Part shown: piece by piece, positions 9,973 through 19,752 of the stretch
How positions within the stretch are numbered: the first letter of the stretch is position 1
Layout of the letters: every line of letters starts with the position of its first letter
Assembly (NCBI GenBank): GCA_963736895.1
Contig: CAVTQU010000008.1
Span: 436,535 to 500,534, forward strand
Length of the DNA: 64,000 nt
Source: an uncultured Chloroflexia bacterium
GTDB lineage: Bacteria; Chloroflexota; Limnocylindria; Limnocylindrales; CSP1-4
Direction: 5' to 3'
Made by a program: the position numbers and the translations under genes
The notes under the pieces: model-generated
What the model saw: only the letters and a program-made list of their open reading frames with translations
The model's database searches: none
Told to the model about the DNA's origin: nothing

Positions 9973-11535
9973 TCAGGCGGGGACAGCGGCCGGTGAAGAA
10001 ACGGACATTTCGCGCGGCAAAGCAACGGAAACCTGCGTTCCAACGCCCGGAGTGCTGGTGATTGCGATGCGTCCATCGTGCATCTCCACGATCTGACGGA
10101 CGATCGACAGGCCAAGGCCGGATCCCGATGCGCGCGACTCGTGAGCCTGGGCTCCGCGGTAGAACCGGTCGAAGACCATCGGCAGTTCCTGCGGGTCGAT
10201 GCCCACGCCGGTGTCCACGACACGCATCTCGGCGCCCTCGTCGGTGGCCTCCAGAGTCACGTCGACCCTGCCGCCCCTGGGCGTGAACTTGATGGCGTTG
10301 CCAATGAGGTTGCCCAGCACCTGTCCAAGACGCTGAGGATCGTGCATCTGGCGCAACGGCTCGTCCGGAAGCGTCATCTCCAGGGTCACACCCTTGCGCT
10401 CCGCGCTGGGCATCTGCTGCTGGATTGTGTTCTCGACGACCGCGCGAAGATCGTCTGGACGAAGGTCCAGCAGGACAAGGCCCGATTCGAGCTTTGACAG
10501 CTCCAAGAGATTCGCGGCCAGCCAGTCCAGCCGATCGATCTGCTGGCGGCTCTGTTCGATGAACTCATGGCGCGTGGCCTCGTCCATGTGCTCTTCCTCG
10601 CCCAGCAGCTCGTTGAAGGTGCGCAGTGCGGCGATGGGTGTCCGCAGCTCATGTGACACGTCGGCGAGGAAATCGCGGCTGCGGTCGCGGTCCTTGCGGA
10701 TGAACTCGATCGAGCGTTGAAGGCGCTCGGCCATCGCGTTGAACGCCTCGGAGAGCTCCGCTACTTCCGGTGTTGCGCTCCGGGGCGTGACGCGGACGTC
10801 CAGGTGGCCCTCTGAGAGCTCGCGTGCCGCACCGGTCAGGCGGCGGATGGGCTGTGTCAGGCGGTCGGCGATGAACACCGACGCGATCACGGCGATGATC
10901 AGGGCGATGATCGCCGCAACGCTCAGGATCCCTGCAATGGTCTCCAGGGTCTGGGCCCGAAAGGTGAACGGTTGTGAGAGTTCAACAGTTACCAGCCGCT
11001 CGGGGGCTCCAGCGCCGGATTGACTCCAGAATGTGTCGGGAATCTGGACCTGGCCCGCGCCTGGATCGGACGAGATCGACTCGCGCTGCTGACCCGCCTG
11101 GCCGAAATCATCCGGTAGCGGGACCACAAGCTGGTAAGCCACCTGATCTGAATGCGCGGGGTCCGGTGCGATCGTGACGGTGACATTGGCCTGGGCGACG
11201 TCTCGCGCAAGCGTCAGCAGGAACCCGTCATCGGCTGTTCCGAGCGCAGAGCGAATGCCGTCGGCGGCGCTGAGCGGCTCGGTTGGCAGCAGGATGGGCT
11301 GAGCCGCGTTGCCGTTCGCGGTTTGATATTCGAAGATCTTGGTGGCAACGAAAAGCTTGACGACGCCTGCACGTCGATTGAGGTCGGCCGTCGACTGTTG
11401 GGCGAAGTAACCATCAAGCAGGCGCGGCAGGGTGGCGACCATCAGGCCCAGCGCGATGGCCACGACAAGGACGAACGCGATGACGAGTCGGGCTCGAAGC
11501 CCGGTAGCGAACTGCGGAATGTAGCGGCGCATCAA
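9973..11535 (-). CDS. HAMP-domain sensor histidine kinase
   Basis: Two TM helices, [15 protein letters not shown]-box, NAIKFT, DTGVGI, GSGLGL. Confidence 0.95.
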   Translation of the reverse strand: MMRRYIPQFATGLRARLVIAFVLVVAIALGLMVATLPRLLDGYFAQQSTADLNRRAGVVKLFVATKIFEYQTANGNAAQPILLPTEPLSAADGIRSALGTADDGFLLTLARDVAQANVTVTIAPDPAHSDQVAYQLVVPLPDDFGQAGQQRESISSDPGAGQVQIPDTFWSQSGAGAPERLVTVELSQPFTFRAQTLETIAGILSVAAIIALIIAVIASVFIADRLTQPIRRLTGAARELSEGHLDVRVTPRSATPEVAELSEAFNAMAERLQRSIEFIRKDRDRSRDFLADVSHELRTPIAALRTFNELLGEEEHMDEATRHEFIEQSRQQIDRLDWLAANLLELSKLESGLVLLDLRPDDLRAVVENTIQQQMPSAERKGVTLEMTLPDEPLRQMHDPQRLGQVLGNLIGNAIKFTPRGGRVDVTLEATDEGAEMRVVDTGVGIDPQELPMVFDRFYRGAQAHESRASGSGLGLSIVRQIVEMHDGRIAITSTPGVGTQVSVALPREMSVSSPAAVPA

Positions 11536-11541
11536 CGAGAC

Positions 11542-12240
11542 CTAGCGTTCGGCGAAGGCGTAGCCCGCTCCGCGGATGGTCAGGATGAAGGCAGGATCGG
11601 AGGGATCGTCCTCCAGCTTCTCGCGCAGGTGGCTGACGTGGACGTTGATCGTTTTCTCGTCCTGGTCCAGCGCTTCGTAGTCACGGACGAGCTCGAGCAG
11701 CTCCCGTCGAGTGAAGACGCGGCCTGGTTTGGATGCCAGGTGACGAAGGATCTCGAATTCCGTGGCAGTGAGGCTGATGCGCCGCGTGCCGCGCTGGACG
11801 CGGCGTCGCTCGAGGTCGATCAGCAGATCGCGATGGCGAATGACGCGGCCACCGGCGGCATCGGCCAGGTCGCCGTACGCGCGGCGCAACAGCGCCTTGA
11901 TACGGCTCATCAGCTCGCGCAGGCCGAACGGCTTGGTGAGGTAGTCGTCGGCGCCAAGCTCGAGGCCGATCACCTTGTCCATCTCCTCGTCGCGCGCGGT
12001 CAGGAACAGGACCGGCGCCTTATTTCCGGCGCCACGCACCCGGCGCAGCATCTCGAAGCCGTCCATGCCCGGAAGACGGACGTCGAGGATCACAAGATCC
12101 GGGGCGTTGCGCGTCGCCATCTCGAGGCCCTCTTCACCGTTCCGGGCCACGGTGACCTCGTAACCCTCCTGCTTCAGGGCATACTCGATCCCGCGCGCGA
12201 CGGCGTACTCGTCTTCGACGATGAGGATGGAAGCTGTCAT
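11542..12240 (-). CDS. OmpR-family response regulator
   Basis: ILIVEDE, LVILDVRLP, ADDYLTKPF, winged-helix C-terminus (TIRGAGY). Confidence 0.95.
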   Translation of the reverse strand: MTASILIVEDEYAVARGIEYALKQEGYEVTVARNGEEGLEMATRNAPDLVILDVRLPGMDGFEMLRRVRGAGNKAPVLFLTARDEEMDKVIGLELGADDYLTKPFGLRELMSRIKALLRRAYGDLADAAGGRVIRHRDLLIDLERRRVQRGTRRISLTATEFEILRHLASKPGRVFTRRELLELVRDYEALDQDEKTINVHVSHLREKLEDDPSDPAFILTIRGAGYAFAER

Positions 12241-12356
12241 GGCTGGTGATCGTACAACCGGCGGAGGCGCCGATTGGCTAAGGATGGATTGCCTTCGTTC
12301 AACCTGATGACCCGTGGCGGGCCAAATCTGTCGCTCGTGTTACGATCCGCGTCCCC

Positions 12357-13043
12357 ATGAAACGACCAACGCTCTCCGTACAGCCGCGCTCCGTCCGTGG
12401 CAAGGAAGTCGCCAAGCTCCGCCGAATTGGCACGCTGCCCGGCGTTGTCTACGGCGTCGGCCAGGAATTGCAGGCTATCGCGATGGATGCGCGCGAATTC
12501 GACCTCCTTCGACGCCAGGCGGGCCGCCACGCGGTCGTCGACCTGCAGCTCGACGGCGGCAAGCCGCTGCCCGTCCTGCTTCACGCGATCCAGGAGCACC
12601 CGGTCTCACGGAAGGCCATCCACATCGACTTCCTGGTCGTCAACATGGAAGAGGAGCGCACCATCGACGTGCCGATCCTCATCGTCGGTGAGTCGGACGC
12701 GGTCGAGAAAATGGGCGGCGTCCTCCTCCACCTGCGCGACTCGGTCCTTGTTCGCGCCAAGCCGGACGACATCCCTTCGGGCGTCGAGCTCGACATCACA
12801 ACACTGACCGACTTCGAGCTCACGCTCCACGCTTCAGACCTGCAAATTCCCGACGGCGTCACTCTCGTCACAGACGAGTCCGAGGCCGTAGCGCGCGTCC
12901 AGGCGCCGCGCATCGAGGAAGAGCCGGAGACCGTGGAGACAGAGGTCGCCGAGGGCGAAGCCGCCGAGGGCGCCGAAGGCGAGGCCGCCGAGGGCGCGGA
13001 GGGTGGCGAAGCCGCCGGATCCGGAGACGACTCCGAGTCTTAG
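12357..13043 (+). CDS. rplY: 50S ribosomal protein L25/general stress protein Ctc
   Basis: LRRIGTLPGVVYG, HPVSRKAIHIDF, acidic C-terminal tail. Confidence 0.93.
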   Translation: MKRPTLSVQPRSVRGKEVAKLRRIGTLPGVVYGVGQELQAIAMDAREFDLLRRQAGRHAVVDLQLDGGKPLPVLLHAIQEHPVSRKAIHIDFLVVNMEEERTIDVPILIVGESDAVEKMGGVLLHLRDSVLVRAKPDDIPSGVELDITTLTDFELTLHASDLQIPDGVTLVTDESEAVARVQAPRIEEEPETVETEVAEGEAAEGAEGEAAEGAEGGEAAGSGDDSES

Positions 13044-13067
13044 CCGCGCCTCATCAGGGCGGCCGCA

Positions 13068-13490
13068 CTACCCCGCGGCAGGCTCCGGTGGCAGCTCGCT
13101 GGTGCAGAACCTGCACCGCGTCGCATCAACAGCCACTTCTTCGTGGCAGAACGGGCACGTCCGCGTCGGCCCGGGCTTCGGCAGCAGCCAGCGAGTGATC
13201 AGGAACACCACGAACGCGACGATCACGAAGGTGAGCAGCGCGCTCAGGAACGTGCCGTAGCGGATCGCCACGGGGTCGCTCGTGGCCGTCCCTTCCTTGA
13301 GGACGATCTGTAGCTGGTCGAAATCGACCCCTCCGAGCAGCAAACCGATCGGCGGCATGATGATGTCGTTGACGAGCGACGCCACCACCGCCCCCAGCGC
13401 AACACCGAGCACCACGCCGACGGCGAGTGCCAATGCGTTGGACTTGGTCAGGAACGCGCGGAATTCGCTGAACATCTCTCCTCCACTCAC
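13068..13490 (-). CDS. mscL: Large-conductance mechanosensitive channel with C-terminal CxxC-CxxC ribbon
   Basis: FSEFRAFLTKSNALALAVGVVLG, VNDIIMPPIG, YGTFL; tail CPFC-x10-CRFC. Confidence 0.9.
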   Translation of the reverse strand: MSGGEMFSEFRAFLTKSNALALAVGVVLGVALGAVVASLVNDIIMPPIGLLLGGVDFDQLQIVLKEGTATSDPVAIRYGTFLSALLTFVIVAFVVFLITRWLLPKPGPTRTCPFCHEEVAVDATRCRFCTSELPPEPAAG

Positions 13491-13536
13491 CGACTGAGCC
13501 AGCCGCGGTAACGATACCGGCCGCTAACCTCACGAA

Positions 13537-14689
13537 GTGCTCCGATCGCTGCGAACGGCCATCATGGTCGGACTGCTTCTGGCGGCCTGCGCTAGTCCGG
13601 CGGGAAGCGCTCGACCGACGCCGACGACGCAACCAACGCACTTGAATCAACCATCGCTGGCGACCACAACAACGACGCCGAATGCGCCGGCGACCACACC
13701 TTCCTCAGCGCCCAGGCTCCCCGTCGATTCGCCGACCGCCGTTGGATCTTCTGCGGCACCCGCCGCAGAGTGGGTCCAGCGATCGGATGTAGCCGGTGGC
13801 CCCAGCGCCCGCCAGGACCACACCTGGACCGTCGACGAGGCGAACGAAGTCGCCTATCTCTTCGGTGGTCTCACGGCGGACGGAGCATCCAACGAGCTCT
13901 GGGCCTTCGATCTCGTCGGTCAGACCTGGACGCACGTCCAACCTGCGACAGATGGACCGGGCGCTCGCTTCGGCCACACGGCGACGTGGGTCCCTGGCGT
14001 TCGGTCTCGTTGTTTGGAGTGGCCAGGGGAAGTCGGCGTTCTTCGACGACATCTGGGCCTACGACCCCGGATCAAACTCCTGGACACAGCTGCCATCGGC
14101 AGGCGCGGTTCCTGAGGCCCGCTACGGTTCGTGCGCCACGCTAGGGCCGGACGGGGAGATGTGGATCAGCCACGGCTTCACCCAGGACGACGGCCGTTTC
14201 GCCGACACGCGCTCGTACGACTTCTCGAGCGCAATCTGGACGGATCGCACGCCCTCGGGCGACGTGCCGGTCAAACGCTGCCTGCATGACTGCTTCTGGT
14301 CAGCCGGCGGTCGGCTCATCCTTTACGGCGGGCAGACGACCGGAGTTGCGGCGTTGGGCGATATCTGGACGTTCGATCCCGCCGCTGGACGCTGGGAGAA
14401 GGGAATTGAGCAGGCTGCGCCGCCTCGTCAGCTCTACGCTTTGGCATCCGACCCTCGTTTCGGCAACCTGGTGTTCGGTGGCGGCAGCATTGACGGTGGC
14501 TTTCTCGGAGACACATGGGCCCTCGACTGGGGCGGACCGCAGCTGCACGCTCTCGAGTTCGCCGCCGGCCCCAGCGCTCGTGCCGGCGCGACGTTGATCG
14601 TTGATCCTGCCGGCCGTTACCTGCTTTTTGGAGGCACCAATCAGGACGGCCTGCTCGGCGACTTGTGGGACCTTTCGCTGCCCGAATAG
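13537..14689 (+). CDS. Kelch-repeat lipoprotein (frameshift near 14000)
   Basis: Lipobox LLAAC, P/T/S linker, repeated P-x-A-R...(F/Y)GG...D-x-W kelch blades across two frames. Confidence 0.8.
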
Positions 14690-14710
14690 CCACGTATTCG
14701 AGTACGTGGC
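14689..14710 (+). terminator. Perfect 8-bp hairpin at the kelch gene stop codon
   Basis: GCCACGTA-ttcgag-TACGTGGC; no U-tract. Confidence 0.35.
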
Positions 14711-14754
14711 GGTACGGATTTGCATGCGCGTAATGCGATCAGTGGGAAACCGGA

Positions 14755-14783
14755 TTGTTCGTGGAACCAGCGCGGCATAACGT
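14755..14783 (+). promoter_or_regulatory. Candidate sigma70-type promoter for the downstream structured RNA
   Basis: TTGTTC (14755-14760), 17 bp, TAACGT (14778-14783). Confidence 0.45.
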
Positions 14784-14789
14784 GCGTCA

Positions 14790-14901
14790 CAGACGTTGAA
14801 TGCGGAGTTCCCTCTCCTCCGCATCAAACGGTCAGGAGAACTCTTCTCCTGCTGAGGCCGGGCACGCCGCGCTGGGGCGCGCGCCCGGCCTCTTTCTATT
14901 T
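14790..14901 (+). ncRNA. Candidate small RNA with two pyrimidine-loop hairpins plus a terminator
   Basis: ATGCGGAG/CTCCGCAT stem with TTCCCTCTC loop; CAGGAGAA/TTCTCCTG stem; GAGGCCGGGC/GCCCGGCCTC stem followed by TTTCTATTT. No credible plus-strand CDS here. Confidence 0.45.
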
Positions 14902-15795
14902 CCCGGCCGCATTGCGGACTTGGGCCATCTGCCGGGCGCGCGCGGCAATAGCCGTCGCGAAGGTGCGCTCCGAGCCCGGCACAACGACCATGAAGAGTGA
15001 CGGCTCTGTCAGCTCCAGCTCCATCAGGATCGGCCGTCCATCCGACCCCGGGACCATGTCGACCCTGGCGTAGAGCAGCGGGCCCGCGTCGATGGGCACG
15101 GCCGCAACGGCGCGCAACGCCAGCTCGATCTGATCGTCGCTCGCGGTGCTAGGCGTGATCTCCTCGTCCAGATAGAGAGCATCTGCCGCGACTTCCGCCT
15201 TGCCCAACATCGCGCCCTTGCGGACGGCGTGGCTGAAACCGCCATCGATGAGGATCACAGCAGTCTCACCGACGTCGTCGATGGCATGCGCGAAGGGCTG
15301 CAGCATCACGGTGCGCCCGACATCGGTCAGCCGACGGATGTGGGCGGTCGCGAGGTCACGGGAACCTGCATCGCCGAGGTCGTAGCGCTGGGCGTCGATG
15401 GAGCCAGCGCCGATTGACGGCTTGATAACGAACTCGCCCGCGGTGGGCAGATCGATCGCATCCGAGGACGCGATCCACGTCGTGGTTACAGCCGGGACGC
15501 CAACCGCCGCGAGATCCTCCAGGTAGCGTTTGTCGGTGTTCCAGGCGACGATCTCCGGTGGGTTGAGGAGTCGCGGCACGGATCTCGCCCACGCCACGAA
15601 ACCATCTCGGTCATCCGTGTAGTCCCACGTTGAGCGGAGGATCGACAAGTCGAACCGCTCCCAGTCGACCGATGGGTCGTCCCACACGGAAGGCGTCACC
15701 CGCACGCCGAGATCGAGGAGCGGGCCGACGGCCAGCCGGTCATCCGGGTCGAGGTCGGGCAGACGCGAACAGGTGATGAGGGCTACGTCGAGCAA
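14896..15795 (-). CDS. RimK/glutathione-synthetase-like ATP-grasp ligase (DcsG-like)
   Basis: VWDDPSVDW, LRSTWDY, LLNPPEIVAWNTDKRYL, FVIKPSIGAGS, LYARVD, LMELELTEPSLF; probable TTG start at 15795. Confidence 0.85.
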   Translation of the reverse strand: MLDVALITCSRLPDLDPDDRLAVGPLLDLGVRVTPSVWDDPSVDWERFDLSILRSTWDYTDDRDGFVAWARSVPRLLNPPEIVAWNTDKRYLEDLAAVGVPAVTTTWIASSDAIDLPTAGEFVIKPSIGAGSIDAQRYDLGDAGSRDLATAHIRRLTDVGRTVMLQPFAHAIDDVGETAVILIDGGFSHAVRKGAMLGKAEVAADALYLDEEITPSTASDDQIELALRAVAAVPIDAGPLLYARVDMVPGSDGRPILMELELTEPSLFMVVVPGSERTFATAIAARARQMAQVRNAAGK

Positions 15796-15818
15796 GCCAG
15801 GGCCTGAGGCGGAGCGAG

Positions 15819-18157
15819 CTAGAGGACTGTCAGCTCGTTGGTGTGCGGGTCGGCTACGACAAACGTGCCCGTGTTGGACCAGTCGCTCCACTGCGACCCG
15901 TTGCCGTACTTGGAGCGAATGCGCCACGACCACGTGCCGGGCGCCATGTCGAACGTGGTGACGACCAGCGAGCCGGCTGCAGCGTCGTTGTTCTTGAGGG
16001 TCGCCTGTGAATCGACCGTGGCGAAGCCGTCGCGCGACAGCTGAACCTGCGCCCGCACGGCAGCTGGAGCGAGTCCGGGATTGGCCCACTTGAGGACCGC
16101 ACTCGATGCAATCACATCGGTAGTGGGCGCTGCGGCTGACTTGAGCCCCGACCAATGAACCACGAGGCGCGGTTCCAGCGTGCTTCCGCCGGTGGCACTC
16201 TCGGCGACAAGCCGCTTCCAGTGGCCGCGTCCTGCGTCGTCTGCATTTAGCACGAGGCCGTAGTTGGTCGTTGCGCCGGAGACGACGTCGGTAACGAACG
16301 ACGTGACGTCGATGTTCGACCACTGGCCCTGCGTCGTCTCAGCCGTTGTCGCCTGTGGTTCGGACGCTGGGCGAGCGTTCCACGTCAGTGTGCGCACGTC
16401 CCAGTCTTCAGTGACGCGTGCCACAGTCGAGGTACTGGGGGCCTCGGAGTCACTCTGCCAGTAGGGGAACGCGTCCAGCGAGGCCGACTCGATAGTTGTG
16501 CCGGTGAACAGGGTGGCCAGGCCCGGGAAGCGCAGGTACGCCTCGTTGTCGTCGCGCCGATCGGGTCGGCGGCCGTGCCACAGCTCGGCGTAGCCCGGCG
16601 CCTCGGGCCGCTGGTACGTGGAGAAGTTCGTGTTCGGGTGCGCGCTCGAGGCGAAGGTGTGGAGCGCGGCCGTCGCGTTGGTCGGGAAGTCGACGACGCC
16701 GAGATCGACGAAGGCCGGGTAGACGGCCTCGTCCAGCGCTGCGCGGTCGAGGACCAGCGTCAATGAGCTCGGCAGCGGCGTCCGAGCTGTCGACACGCAA
16801 CGAGACAGCGCCCGGTCGAACGGCGCCGCCATCGCCCTCGATGTCTGATGAGTCGAGAAGCATCGGACTGGGGATCCGGCCAAGGACAGCGCCATCGGCG
16901 TTGCGCAGGGTTACGGAGCCGTCTACCTCGGCGGCGAGCGTCAAACCAGCCGCATCGACATCGAATGTCACGGAGCGAGCAGCCGGTTCCTTGCTCAGGA
17001 TCAGGAATGCCTTGAAGCCGTCCGCCCGCGGGAAGATGCGCAGCCCGACACCGGGACCGAGCAGGTCGCGGTAGTCCGCGTACTCACCGTTCACGCCAAG
17101 CTCGGGAGCTCCAGCGTCGTCGCTTGCGCCGCGCGGATCCAAAGCGAGCGAAACGTCGCCAGCCTGCAGGCCAACAAGTGGCGCGTCTGTCGAGGCGTCG
17201 GCAACCGTGACCTTTACGGGTGACTTGTCCGAGACGGCCCCGGAGGTGTCGGAGTGCGCCGTGCTCAGGAACTGCAAACCGGAGGTCGATCGGCTGCCAT
17301 TCCGCGGAGCCCTGCGGCAGGTAGTTGATCGGCCGGGCAAAGAGCTCGGTCGTGAACTGACCGTGATCGTCGTAGGTGCGCGAGTTGGCGGTTCGAAGGT
17401 CGACGCGTTCGTCGCCCGCGACCGCAGGTCCCTGTGCGATGTCCTCGGCCGGCGCTTCTGGCGCCCACGCCACCGCTGGAACGAGCGCGGCCGGCGCTTC
17501 GGGAGTGTCGTTGAGGATCGTCGGCAGGACGATATGCCCGGGCTTGAACGGGCCGCGCTTGCCGGTCCAGTCGACCGCCAGGAAGCCCGTCGGTGGGATC
17601 GTGATGCCAGCCAGCGAGTGGACTGTGACGCCGGTGACCAGCGCGCTGATGACGCGGCCGTCGCCGAGGTAGATGCCGATGTGCTCGCCGTTGCCGTAGA
17701 TGACGAGGTCACCGCGCTCGGCTTCCTCGGGATCGGTGGTCAGCAGGTTGTGGGCCGCGAACCAGCGCAGATAGCCCGCGGCACGCATGCGCAGGCCGCC
17801 GATCTGGTTGAGCTCGGCAGAATTCGAGAAGGCGCGGAAGACAAGGCCGGAGCAGTCGATGGTGTCCGGGCCTTCGGTTCCGACGCGATACGCGACGCCG
17901 AGATAGGAGCGCGCGGCCGCGATCATGGCCTCGATACGCGCGTCGGCGGCAGGATCGTTGGTGGTGGATTCGTTCCGTGCTGCGGGTGTGAGCCGGTTGA
18001 GAGACGGTGCCCTGGTCGGCAGGCGGGTGGGCGGGATCGTCGGCAAAGACGGCCGCCGGCAGCACCGTGACGACCGCTGCGAGGGCAGCCGCTAACGCGA
18101 GACTGAGGCGGCGACGGTGGCCATATGTGGAGCGGCTCACGGAAGGACCGTGGGCAT
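15819..18157 (-). CDS. Secreted NlpC/P60 peptidase fused to a DNRLRE-type wall-protein module (at least 3 frameshifts)
   Basis: Signal peptide (RRRLSLALAAALAAVV...VFA); DCSGLV and HIGIY catalytic motifs; RTANSRTY...FARPINY...WQPIDL; YPAFVD; TLTWN-x-RP and NYGLVL (DNRLRE-like). Confidence 0.7.
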
Positions 18158-18206
18158 CTGTCTCCCCCTCTGTCTGGGCACTAGCGGCAGGCTGGGACGC
18201 CATCGC

Positions 18207-18281
18207 TGGAGCCGACACTCGGATTTGAACCGAGGACCTGCTGTTTACGAAACAGCTGCTCTACCGCTGAGCTATGTCGGC
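18207..18281 (-). tRNA. tRNA-Thr (anticodon CGT)
   Basis: GCCGACA acceptor stem, GCTCAGCGGTAGAGC D-arm, GCTGT-TTCGTAA-ACAGC anticodon arm, GGTTCAAATCC T-arm, encoded CCA. Confidence 0.97.
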
Positions 18282-18387
18282 GCCGACGGTAATAGTAGCA
18301 ATCGGCACCTTCAACCCCTTTTGTCCATCTAATTGCGCAGTGACGCGCGTCATATGTCAATATAGATGCGCTGGCGGCGCCCAGCGT

Positions 18388-19752
18388 TCAATCTTGGATT
18401 CGCAAGATCGGATGGTTGGCATTGAACATGTCGGTCGGGTCGTATTTCGTCTTCGCCAGCAACAGCCGGTCGTAGGTCTCGGCGGGAAAAATTGTTCGCG
18501 GGTCGACCGCTGACTCGGCGAAGTTCAGGTACTTCCGACCGCTGTCCCAGGGCCTTAGTGCGTCGAGTACGAGCTTGGAGTGCCGATCCACTGCTTCGTA
18601 CGCCTCCGTGTCGGGAGCCAAGCCGAAAGTGAAGGTCACGAAGGGCTGATCGATCGCATCCAGCACACCGTTATCGGGCGTACGCAACTTCGGCCGCGCC
18701 ACCCAGGTGGCGAACCTCGAAATGCAGGAGCGGCGAGCCGACGAATGCCTCCACGGCTTTGTCGATGGCCGCTGCCGGGAAATCGGTAAGCAGGAGCCCG
18801 TCGCCGGTGTAGGGCAAGCGGCTACTCCGGATCCATGTGGACGGTGCTCAGGTCGCTCGGCGGCATCATCGTCACCGTGTCGAACTCGGGTCCGAGGTCG
18901 CGGAGCGCTGCACTAGGAGCGGCCGCCCTCGGTGGCCGTGCCGAGGAAAGCCGCCTCGACCATTGCGAACGAGCGGCCGCGCAGGTGCTCGGGCAGGAAC
19001 TCAGCGTTCGGGAGCTGCAGCATGCGGCACAGCGATTCGCACTCATCCGGCACGGTCTCGATCCATCGAACGCCATGCGTTGAGGATCTCGGTTGCGCGC
19101 TCGATCGGCCAGAACAGGGCGCCGGCGTAGATCTCCGTGATCGGGAACAGCTCTAGCTCGAGCGCGGTCACGGCAGCAGAAGTTGCCGCCTCCGCCACGG
19201 ATCGCCCAGAAGAGCTCCGGTTCAGTCTCCCAGTCGATGCGCGAGGTGACGGCCGTCCGCGGTGACCACCTCGGCCGCGACGATCGAGTTGCAGGCGAGC
19301 CCGAACATGCGAACCATCCAGCTCAGGCCGCCGCCAAGCGCGTAGCCGAATACTCCGACGTCCGGCGATGTGCCCGCGAGATAGGCAAGACCGTGCTCGC
19401 CGGCGGCCACGGCGAGTGGCTTTCCGAGCGTTCCCGGCTCGATCCTGGCACGCCGCGCACTCGGATCGATCTCGATGCCGCGCATCCGGTCCCATTTCAG
19501 GAGCAGCGTGTCGCGGCTCCAGTCGATGGTGCCGGCGTTGTGGCCGCCGGCGTTGAACGCGATGCGCAGGCCGCGCTCCGCGGCCATATTAGCGATCGTG
19601 GCAACCACGTCGTCCGCCGACTCTGGGTAGACGATGGCCACCGGCCGCTGGTCGACAGCGAGATTCCACGACTTCCGCGCGGTGTCCCAGGCTTCGTCTG
19701 TGGGCAGGACGATCTCGCCCTGGATGCGGCCGCTCACATCACGAAGGTCCAT
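18388..19752 (-). pseudogene. FAD-binding oxidoreductase (berberine-bridge family), multiply disrupted
   Basis: GGHN FAD motif, ELFWAIRGGGGNF, C-terminal YLNF...KYDPTDMFNANHPI; several frameshifts plus an in-frame TAG (MDPE*P) near 18822-18824. Confidence 0.7.

Noticed and set aside
12950-13020. Short direct repeats (GAGGGCG(A/C)...GCCGCC)
   Set aside because: They encode the ordinary acidic EGEAAEGA tail of L25/Ctc.
15819-18157. RHS/polymorphic toxin
   Set aside because: It has the N-terminal wall-protein module but no YD repeats, no PxxxxDPxG cleavage motif, no toxin tip and no immunity gene.
18207-18281. Prophage or integrative element at tRNA-Thr
   Set aside because: No integrase, phage or conjugation genes nearby, and no duplicated tRNA 3' end (att) was seen by eye in the window.
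18341-18352. 12-bp palindrome TGACGCGCGTCA upstream of the tRNA
   Set aside because: It is a single GC-rich palindrome with no second copy or associated regulator, so chance cannot be excluded.
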